Below are positions 29,704-37,325 of a stretch of 64,000 nucleotides of DNA, one piece after another (within the stretch, counting starts at the first letter, position 1; every line of letters begins with the position of its first letter). Source of the stretch: an uncultured Solirubrobacterales bacterium (GTDB taxonomy: Bacteria > Actinomycetota > Thermoleophilia > Solirubrobacterales > Solirubrobacteraceae). The position numbers were made by a program, and so were the translations under genes. The stretch covers positions 16,669 through 80,668 of the forward strand of contig CAVZZH010000024.1 in assembly GCA_963779695.1 (NCBI GenBank), written 5' to 3'. The notes under the pieces were generated by a model. The model made no database searches, had not been told where the DNA came from, and worked only from the letters and a program-made list of their open reading frames with translations.

Positions 29704-30933
29704 GTGGCGCCCTCGTCGCCGTTAAGCCGGGAGTGGGGACGGGTCCTGCTCGTCCTCGCCGCCGCGGTCGTGGCCGTGGTGGCGGTCCGAGCGCCGGGGC
29801 TCGCCGACTACCCTCGGGACGGTGGTCCGGCGATCAGCGCCGGCGCCCACGGAGACCTCGCCGGCTTCTTCGCGCACCAGGCGGCGATGGGGCCGCTCTC
29901 GCTGTATCTCCGGGTGCCGTTCGCGGCCGTCGGCGTCGCGTTCGGCGACGGCGCGCTCGGCGTCTACCGGTGGGGAGCGCTGCCCTGTCTGATCGTCCTC
30001 GGCCTCGTCGCCGTGTGGCTCGCCCGGTTCGCCGGTCGCCGCGGCGCAGGGCGGCCGGCGCAGATCCTGATCGTCGGCGTCGTGCTGCTGAATCCGCTCG
30101 TCGACAGCGCCCTCTACTGGGGCCATCCCGAGGAGATCCTCACCGCCGCTCTCGGCACCGGGGCGATCATCGCCGCGCTCGAGCAGCGTTCGCTCGCCGC
30201 CGGCGCCCTCGTCGGCCTCGCGATCGCGAGCAAGCAGTGGGCGCTCGTCTTGCTGATCCCGGTCGTGCTCATCCTTGTCCGCGACCGGAGGCGGACGGCG
30301 GTGATCGCGATCGGACTCGCTGCGCTCAGCAGCGTGCCGATGATCATCGGCAACTTCGCCTCCTTCCGCCACGTCTTCCGCTACATCTCCTCGCCGCAGC
30401 CGATCGTGACCGCGTTCACGTGGCTGTTTCCCTTCTCCCCATCCGGCCCGGTCAGGATCAGCGACATCAACGGGGCCCGGGCGCCGTTCATCGGCCACCA
30501 GATCCTGCCGCTCGAGACGACGCTCTCGCACCCGCTGATTGTCATCATCGGTCTGGGACTGCCACTGCTCGTGTGGTGGCGCGCGGGGGGCGGTGCGACC
30601 CCGCGTGAGCTTCTCACGGCGTGCGCGCTCGCATTGCTGCTGCGCTGCGCCCTTGATCCCGGCTCGGCCGCCTATTACCACCTGCCGCTCCTGCTGACCC
30701 TCGTCGTGCTCGACGCGTGGGACGGGCGGAGGCTGCCCGTCCTGTCCCTGACCGGGACGGCACTCGCCTTCGTCGTCCTCGATCGTGCCCCGCAGTACCT
30801 CGCGCCGGCGGCGACGAACCTCATCTACATCGTGACCAGCGTGACGGCGGCTGGCCTGCTCGTGCGTGATCTGCACCTCGCGCGGCGGCCGCGACTCATG
30901 CCTGGACGCGCGGAGCCGATAACAGCAGCGTGA
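29704..30933 (+). CDS. GT-C fold (GT87-like) glycosyltransferase
   Basis: Multi-TM, ADY..D, WGHPEE, SKQW, DPGSAAYY; paralog of 26471-27721. Confidence 0.7.
   Translation: MAPSSPLSREWGRVLLVLAAAVVAVVAVRAPGLADYPRDGGPAISAGAHGDLAGFFAHQAAMGPLSLYLRVPFAAVGVAFGDGALGVYRWGALPCLIVLGLVAVWLARFAGRRGAGRPAQILIVGVVLLNPLVDSALYWGHPEEILTAALGTGAIIAALEQRSLAAGALVGLAIASKQWALVLLIPVVLILVRDRRRTAVIAIGLAALSSVPMIIGNFASFRHVFRYISSPQPIVTAFTWLFPFSPSGPVRISDINGARAPFIGHQILPLETTLSHPLIVIIGLGLPLLVWWRAGGGATPRELLTACALALLLRCALDPGSAAYYHLPLLLTLVVLDAWDGRRLPVLSLTGTALAFVVLDRAPQYLAPAATNLIYIVTSVTAAGLLVRDLHLARRPRLMPGRAEPITAA
30896..30922 (+). promoter_or_regulatory. Putative sigma28-type promoter of pilD
   Basis: TCAT-N15-GCCGATAA (perfect -10 box), 84 nt upstream of pilD. 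Confidence 0.5.
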
Positions 30934-31006
30934 GCACTCGCACGCACCAGCTGCGCGCCAGCGACCCTTCCGGGTCCATGCCGTCATTCGAATCAGGAGT
31001 CTCGGC

Positions 31007-31759
31007 ATGATGCTGGTCGCGTTCGCGATGGTGGTCGGCCTCACCATCGGCTCGTTTCTCAACGTCGTCGTCTATCGCCTGCCGCGCGGTGAATCGCTTG
31101 CGGTCCCCGGATCGCACTGCCCGCGCTGCGGCAGCGCGGTGCGGGCCTACGACAACGTGCCGGTGCTCAGCTGGGTCATGCTCCGCGGACGCTGCCGCAA
31201 CTGCCACGAGCCGATCAGCGCTCGGTACCCGCTCGTCGAGTTGACAAGCGCCGTACTCGCGGTCGCCGTCGTCCTCGTCAAGCACACGTGGGCCGAGCGC
31301 GCGCTGGGGCTTGTGCTCGTGGCGATCCTCATTCCGGTGGCGCTGATCGACTACGACGAGCGGATCATCCCGAACAAGATCACGCTGCCGGCGGCGCTGC
31401 TCGCCGTCATCCTCGGCCTCCTGCTGAACCCCTCTGGCGTCCCTGAGCAGCTGATCGCCGGCGCCGCCGCTGGAGGGTTCCTACTCATCTTCGCGCTCAT
31501 TTACCCCCAGGGGATGGGTATGGGGGACGTCAAGCTCGCCGCGGTCATGGGGCTGTACCTCGGACGCTCGGTCGCCGTCGCGATCATCGTCGGTACGCTC
31601 GTGGCCACGATCTTCGGGGCGATCGTGATGGCCCGCGTCGGGGTCAAGGACGGACGCAAGACGGCCGTTCCGTTCGGGCCGTTCCTCGCGCTTGGCGGGA
31701 TCATCGCGGTGCTCTGCGGGCCGCAGATCGTCCACTGGTACCTCAACACGATGGGGTGA
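31007..31759 (+). CDS. pilD: Prepilin peptidase / N-methyltransferase
   Basis: GSFLNVVVYRLP, SHCPRC, GRCRNC, ISARYPLVE, GMGDVKL, VPFGPFL. Confidence 0.96.
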   Translation: MMLVAFAMVVGLTIGSFLNVVVYRLPRGESLAVPGSHCPRCGSAVRAYDNVPVLSWVMLRGRCRNCHEPISARYPLVELTSAVLAVAVVLVKHTWAERALGLVLVAILIPVALIDYDERIIPNKITLPAALLAVILGLLLNPSGVPEQLIAGAAAGGFLLIFALIYPQGMGMGDVKLAAVMGLYLGRSVAVAIIVGTLVATIFGAIVMARVGVKDGRKTAVPFGPFLALGGIIAVLCGPQIVHWYLNTMG

Positions 31760-33438
31760 CGCCAGTGCGCCGCCTGCTCATCGCCGCAGGTGTGACCGGC
31801 GCTCTCCTCGCCGGACCCGCCGCAGGCGCCGCCCATGCCGGCACCGGCACCGGGCTGCCGCTCGCGCCCGTGTACGCGGCCGCGACGGTGCCGCCGGGCT
31901 TCACGACGAATACGCAACAGGCGGTCGCCGCCGCGGAGGCGACCACGACGATGCGGGCCCTGCACCGCCGCGAGCACCCGCTCGACGTGCAGGCGTACGT
32001 CTGGAACGGTCGCCGCTGGTACATCGACTTCTCCTACCGGGGCACCCTCGTCGCCGAGGTCGACGTCTCGCCCGCGGGCCACGTCGCCACGGTGTGGACG
32101 GGTCCGCTCGCCCGTGCCGTCTACGCCCGCGGCCACTTCGCGCCGCTGTTCAGCTCCCCGTGGGTGCTCGTCCCCTTTTCGCTGATGTTCCTCGTCCCGT
32201 TCCTCGACCCGCGCCGGCTGCGGCGGCTCGTACGCCTCGACGCGCTTCTCGTCCTTTCGCTGCTCGTCTCGTACATCTTGTTCATCCACGCGCACCTCGA
32301 GGCGGCGGTGTGGCTCATCTACCCGCCGCTGATCGCGCTGCTCGGGCGCATGCTCTTCATCGGACTGCGCCGGCCGGCGGCTCGCCTGCCCGCCCTCGCC
32401 GAAGGGCTGCTCTCCGCCCGCGTTCTGTGGGGTGGGCTGCTCGTGCTCGTGATCGCGCGGGTCGTCCTCAGCCTTGCCGCCGACGGCGTCATCGACGTCG
32501 GCTACGCGTCGGTGATCGGCGCGCACCGCCTCGTCCACGGTCAGAGCCTGTACTACGCCACCGCGGCGCACAGCGACACCTACGGCCCGATCATGTATCT
32601 CGCCTACGCGCCGTTCGAGCTCGCGTTCCCATGGCACGGGGTGTGGGATTCACTGCCCTCCGCCCATGCGGCCGCGATCGCATTCGATCTCGTCACGATT
32701 GCCGGACTCGTGCTCCTCGGCCGCCGGCTCGCGCCCGGGACGCGCGGACGTCGCCTCGGCGTGCTCCTTGGCTGGGCCTGGGCGGCGTGCCCGTTCACGC
32801 TCCTCGGCCTCGTCATGCACACCAATGACGGGCTTGTCGCGATGCTCGCCGTGCTCAGCCTGCTCGCGTGGCGATCGCCCGCCGGGCGCGGTGCGCTGCT
32901 CGGCCTCAGCGCCGGCGCCAAGTTCGTCACGGTCGGGCTCCTGCCGCTCTACGCGGCGGCGCACGAACGCTCCCGGCGGGGGCTGACCACCTGCGTTGCC
33001 GGCTTTGCCGTTGCTGTCGGCGTCGCGCTGCTCCTCATCCTTCCCGGCGGCGGGCTCGGCCTGCTGTATGACCACACGATCAGTTATCAGCTGCACCGCA
33101 CGGACGTGTTCGCGGCCTGGTCGCTGCATCCCGGACTCGACCCGTTGAAGGTCGTGCTCGAGCTTCTGGCCGTTGGCCTTGCCCTCGGCGTCGCGCTGCT
33201 GCCACGCCGCCGCTCGCTGCCCGAGATCTGCGCCCTCGCCGCGGCGGTGACGATCGCGATCCAGCTGCCCTCGACGCACTGGTTCTACTACTACGCCGTC
33301 TGGTTCTTGCCGTACATGTTCGTCGCGTCGCTGGCACCGGCCCGGCCGGAGCCCGTCACGGGCGCGACCGACTCACGCCTGGCCCGTCGCCCGACCGTTG
33401 CCGACGAGCCTCCGGCACGCCGGCTGACTCCGGCCTAG
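31756..33438 (+). CDS. GT-C fold (GT87-like) glycosyltransferase with N-terminal exported domain
   Basis: Signal peptide; VIDVGYAS, DTYGP..YLAY.PF, TND, AKF, HWFYYY..WF; GTGA overlap with pilD. Confidence 0.7.
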   Translation: MTPVRRLLIAAGVTGALLAGPAAGAAHAGTGTGLPLAPVYAAATVPPGFTTNTQQAVAAAEATTTMRALHRREHPLDVQAYVWNGRRWYIDFSYRGTLVAEVDVSPAGHVATVWTGPLARAVYARGHFAPLFSSPWVLVPFSLMFLVPFLDPRRLRRLVRLDALLVLSLLVSYILFIHAHLEAAVWLIYPPLIALLGRMLFIGLRRPAARLPALAEGLLSARVLWGGLLVLVIARVVLSLAADGVIDVGYASVIGAHRLVHGQSLYYATAAHSDTYGPIMYLAYAPFELAFPWHGVWDSLPSAHAAAIAFDLVTIAGLVLLGRRLAPGTRGRRLGVLLGWAWAACPFTLLGLVMHTNDGLVAMLAVLSLLAWRSPAGRGALLGLSAGAKFVTVGLLPLYAAAHERSRRGLTTCVAGFAVAVGVALLLILPGGGLGLLYDHTISYQLHRTDVFAAWSLHPGLDPLKVVLELLAVGLALGVALLPRRRSLPEICALAAAVTIAIQLPSTHWFYYYAVWFLPYMFVASLAPARPEPVTGATDSRLARRPTVADEPPARRLTPA

Positions 33439-33599
33439 TGTCTGATTTAGGGGTTCGGTGGCACCAAGAGGTGTCACCGGGGGATGCCGCGGAAGGACGC
33501 AGAATCGACGTGCACTGGAGGTGCACGAGGATTCGAGGACGCCGCGCGGCGCCGCCGGGGGCGCCTCGACTGCAACCGAACTTCTGAATCGAGACACTA
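33436..33599 (+). repeat. 164-bp long imperfect palindrome (MITE/ERIC-like hairpin element)
   Basis: Ends TAGTGTCTGATTTAGGGGTTCGGT … ACCGAACTTCTGAATCGAGACACTA; central CGTGCAC-TGGAG-GTGCACG; arm mismatches are mostly G-U compatible on the + strand. Confidence 0.85.
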
Positions 33600-33659
33600 A
33601 ACCGACTCGAACGTCCGTCCGCGGCGGGCGTTCTGTCTAGTGCGTCGCCGAACTCGGCT

Positions 33660-33686
33660 CAAACTCAGGGGGGTCCCTGCCGATTT
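33660..33686 (+). promoter_or_regulatory. Putative sigma28-type promoter of the pilM operon
   Basis: CAAA-N15-GCCGATTT, 11 nt upstream of the pilM ATG. Confidence 0.55.
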
Positions 33687-33697
33687 CTGTACTAGCC

Positions 33698-34741
33698 ATG
33701 GGACACACGGGTAAGAACGTTGTCGGACTCGACATCGAACCCGGGTACGTCGCTGCTGTACAGAGCGGAGCCCGGGGAGTCGCGGTGGAACGCGCCGCGA
33801 CGGTCGCGCTCGCCCCGGGCGTCGTCCGCGACGGCGAGGTCGTCGACGTCGACACGCTCGCCGAAGCGCTGAAGGGGATGTTCGCCGAGCACAAGCTCGC
33901 CAAACGCGTGCGGATCGGGGTCGCAAACCCGCGGATCGTCATGCGGACACTCGACCTGCCGCCGCTCGACAATGCGAAGGACATCACCTCGGCGGTCCGC
34001 TTCCAGGCTCAGGAGCACATCCCGATGCCGCTCGACCAGGCGGTGCTCGAGCATCACGCGCTCGGGATCGTCGAGACGCCCGACGGGCCGCGGACCCGGG
34101 TGGTGCTGGTGGCCGCGCGGCGGGACATGATCGACCGCGTGCTCGAGGCGGTGCGGCGCGCCGGCCTGCGCCCCCATGGAATCGATCTCTCCGCGTTCGC
34201 GATGATCCGCGCGCTCCACAGCTCCGAGCGCACCGAGCCGACGCTCTACATGAACGTCGGTGGCGTCAGCAACCTCGCGGTCGCCGTCGGCACGGTGTGC
34301 CTCTTCACCCGCGTCACGACGAACGGCACCGAGTCGATGGCAATCGATCTCGCCGAGCGCCGCGGACTGACCCTCGCTCACGCCCACGGCTGGCTGAAGT
34401 ACGTCGGGCTCGTGACGCCGCTCGACGACCTTGACGGCGATCCCGAGATCCTGGTCGAAGCCCGGGGGGTGCTCACCGACGGCGTGCGCCGGATCGCCGA
34501 CGACGTCCGCAACTCGATCGACTACCACGTCATGCAGGAAGGCGCGGGAACCGTCGAGCACGCGGTGCTCACCGGACCGGCCGTCGCGATCCCCGGATTC
34601 GACGAGATGCTCAGCGAACAGATCGGGCTCCCGGTCGAGGTGGGGCACATCGACGAGGCCAAGGCGGGCGCCTTTGAGGGCGTTGACGCCGGCCGCTTCG
34701 CGGTTGCCGCCGGGCTGACCATCGAGGAAGCGGCGGCATGA
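33698..34741 (+). CDS. pilM: Type IV pilus assembly protein PilM (actin-like)
   Basis: VGLDI, GVVRDGEVVD, VRFQAQEHIPMPLDQAVL, VVLVAARR, VLTG. Confidence 0.93.
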   Translation: MGHTGKNVVGLDIEPGYVAAVQSGARGVAVERAATVALAPGVVRDGEVVDVDTLAEALKGMFAEHKLAKRVRIGVANPRIVMRTLDLPPLDNAKDITSAVRFQAQEHIPMPLDQAVLEHHALGIVETPDGPRTRVVLVAARRDMIDRVLEAVRRAGLRPHGIDLSAFAMIRALHSSERTEPTLYMNVGGVSNLAVAVGTVCLFTRVTTNGTESMAIDLAERRGLTLAHAHGWLKYVGLVTPLDDLDGDPEILVEARGVLTDGVRRIADDVRNSIDYHVMQEGAGTVEHAVLTGPAVAIPGFDEMLSEQIGLPVEVGHIDEAKAGAFEGVDAGRFAVAAGLTIEEAAA

Positions 34742-35583
34742 AAGCCGTCAACCTGATCCCGACTGACAGCAAGCGCGGCGGTGCCCGCGCCGCGGCCACC
34801 GCGCCCCGCGGCCCCGCCGTCGCGCTCATCGGCCTGCTCGTGATCGCGCTCGCGTACGTGACGGTCTACGTGCTCACCTCGAACACGATCAAGGATCGCA
34901 AGGCGAAGATCGCCGCGGTCCAGACCCAGGTGACGGCGGCGCAGGCCGCGGCCGCCCGGCTCACCAACTACGTCAACTTCACCAAGCTCGCCTCCAACCG
35001 GGATGCGACCGTGCGCCAGATCGCAACGCAGCGCTTCGACTGGCACGCGGCGCTCTCCGACCTCTCCAAGGTCGTCCCCGCGAACACGTCCCTGCAGTCG
35101 CTGCTCGGGACCGTCTCGCCCACCGCTTCGGTCAACGGCTCCGGCGGCAGCGGCGGCGGCTCGGCGAGCGGCACCGGGGCGCTGCGCAGCGCGATCAACG
35201 CGCCGGCGTTTGAGATGTCGGGGTGCACCGCCACCCAGGACGACGTCGCTCGGCTCATGTCCCGCCTGCGCCTCGTCAACGGAGTCCAGCGGGTGACGCT
35301 CGCTGACTCGCACAAGCCGGACAGCGCCGCCGCCGGCGCCGCCGTCGCCAGCGCGTCCTCCGGAACCGCCAGCGGCGGGTGCCCGACGAACTGGCCGACG
35401 TTCGACCTCGTCGTCTTCTTCCAGGCGCTGCCGGGTCAGACGGATGCCACCGCCGCCACCGGCACGACCACCACCACGACAACCACGACGACGTCGACCA
35501 CCTCGGCGGCGTCGACGACACCGACGGCGAACACGCCGAGCAACGCCCAGCCGGTCGCCTCCACGTCGGGAGGCTCCAAGTGA
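34738..35583 (+). CDS. pilN: Type IV pilus alignment protein PilN with Thr-rich tail
   Basis: Conserved VNLIP N-terminal motif, TM, coiled coil, RFDW…L..LS.VVP. Confidence 0.85.
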   Translation: MKAVNLIPTDSKRGGARAAATAPRGPAVALIGLLVIALAYVTVYVLTSNTIKDRKAKIAAVQTQVTAAQAAAARLTNYVNFTKLASNRDATVRQIATQRFDWHAALSDLSKVVPANTSLQSLLGTVSPTASVNGSGGSGGGSASGTGALRSAINAPAFEMSGCTATQDDVARLMSRLRLVNGVQRVTLADSHKPDSAAAGAAVASASSGTASGGCPTNWPTFDLVVFFQALPGQTDATAATGTTTTTTTTTTSTTSAASTTPTANTPSNAQPVASTSGGSK

Positions 35584-36368
35584 GCTCGCTGCGCGCACTG
35601 ACCCCGCGGGATCGCATGGTCCTCATGGTCGTGGTCCTCGCCGCGGCGATCGTCGGCACCTGGCTGCTTGTCGTCCAGCCGAAGCGCTCGGAGGCGTCGA
35701 AGCTCGGCGACCAGCTGAAGGTCGCCCAGACCCAGCTGCAGAGCGCCCAGCAGCAGGTCCAGGCCGGGCTCGCCGCCAAGGCCTCATTCGCGCGCAGCTA
35801 CACGCAGCTGGCGCGCCTCGGCGAGGCCGTTCCCGCCGACGACAACGTGCCGTCGATGATCCTCCAGCTTCAGAACGCCGCCGCCACCGACCACGTCGAC
35901 TTCCGCACGCTTGACGTCAGCGCCAACTCGAGCAGCAGCACCACCCCCACGGCCGCGACGACGACCCAGGCGGTCACGGGGACGCTGCCGCCGGGTGCCG
36001 CGGTCGGGTCCGCCGGCTTCCCGATCGAGTCGTTCACGTTCACCTTCCGCGGCAACTTCTTCCACCTCTCGAGCTTCCTCGGTCGGGTGCAACGGTTCGT
36101 CGTCATCAAGAACCACCAGGTGACGGTCAGCGGTCGCCTGCTGACGCTGAACGCGATCACCATGGGCGCCGCACCCGCGGGCTTCCCCCAGATCACCGCG
36201 ACGATCTCCGCCACCGCGTACCTCGTGCCGACGTCGCAGGGCGTGATGGCGGGCGCGACCGCGGCCGGACCGTCGACCGGGTCAAGCGGCTCGACGAGCG
36301 AGAGCACCTCGGGCTCCAGCTCCGGAACCACCACGCCCGCCGCCGTCGCGACCTCCCCGATTCGATGA
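35580..36368 (+). CDS. pilO: Type IV pilus alignment protein PilO (GspM-like) with Ser/Thr-rich tail
   Basis: LTPRDR-TM-coiled coil, AVP…VPSMILQL, F.G.F..L..FL; position after pilN. Confidence 0.8.
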   Translation: MSSLRALTPRDRMVLMVVVLAAAIVGTWLLVVQPKRSEASKLGDQLKVAQTQLQSAQQQVQAGLAAKASFARSYTQLARLGEAVPADDNVPSMILQLQNAAATDHVDFRTLDVSANSSSSTTPTAATTTQAVTGTLPPGAAVGSAGFPIESFTFTFRGNFFHLSSFLGRVQRFVVIKNHQVTVSGRLLTLNAITMGAAPAGFPQITATISATAYLVPTSQGVMAGATAAGPSTGSSGSTSESTSGSSSGTTTPAAVATSPIR

Positions 36369-37325
36369 ACTTCCTGCAGCCCCTCATCACCGACCTGCGC
36401 GAGAAGCGACTCTGGCCCGTCGTGGTCGTTCTCGTCGGCGCGCTCGTCGCGGTCCCGGTGTTGCTCGCCAAGCCCGCGCCCAAGCCGGAGTCCGCGATCG
36501 CCGCGACCGGCGCCGGAGCCACCATCACCTCGCCGATCTCCGGCCTGCCGGTCGTCGAACTCAGCACCACACCCCAGTTCTCGCATTTGCCCGGCCACGG
36601 ACGCGACCCGTTCACCCAACAGACGAGCACCACGAGCACGTCGTCGACCGCGTCGACGAGTACTTCCGTCTCGAGCAGCTCCGGTGGTACCACGAGCACC
36701 ACCGGTTCCCATGGCTCCAGCTCGAGCACCGGGAGCAACGCTGGTGGTGGTGGCACGACCGGCAACACCGGCTCGTCCACCACCACCACGCAAACCACCA
36801 CGACGACCACGCCGGTGACGCCCGCGGGGCTGACCCCGACCGAGTCCTACGGCGTGACGATCGCGATCACGAAGCCGTCCGGTGGGCTCGACACGATCGC
36901 GCCGCTCGAGCGGCTGACCGACGCTCCCGTCAGGCCAGCAGCCGCTGCTGATCGAGCTCGGCGTGCTCAAGGGCGGATCCGAGGTCCTGTTCGCCGTGGC
37001 GCCGGGAACGAGCCTCAGCGGACCCGCCAAGTGTCTGCCCGGCCGGATCGACTGCCAGATCATCTCGCTGGCGCCGAACCAGATCGAAAGCCTGTCCGTG
37101 AAGGGCACGGACGGCCTCAGCCACGTCTCCGACTTTGCCGTCACCGGCATCACCACGATCTCGCACAAGTCGGCAGCGGACGCCGGACGCGTCCGCCGCC
37201 AGGTGTCAAAGACCGGGCAGAAGCTGCTCAAGTCTTTCCACTACGACGCGCTCTCGTTGTTCCCGTACGAGCCGAGCGTCGGCGCGATCGTCGATCAACG
37301 CAACCTGACATCAGGGGGAAGCTGA
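36365..37325 (+). CDS. Membrane-anchored Ser/Thr-rich protein in the PilP position (+1 frameshift at ~36920)
   Basis: DLREKRLWP-TM, RDPF motif (PilP-like), long S/T/G linker; the C-terminal Cys-pair domain is in the next frame. Confidence 0.65.

Noticed and set aside
35450-36810. ACC/ACG/AGC-rich repetitive tracts as a possible CRISPR or satellite
   Set aside because: They encode Thr/Ser-rich linkers and have no repeat-spacer periodicity.
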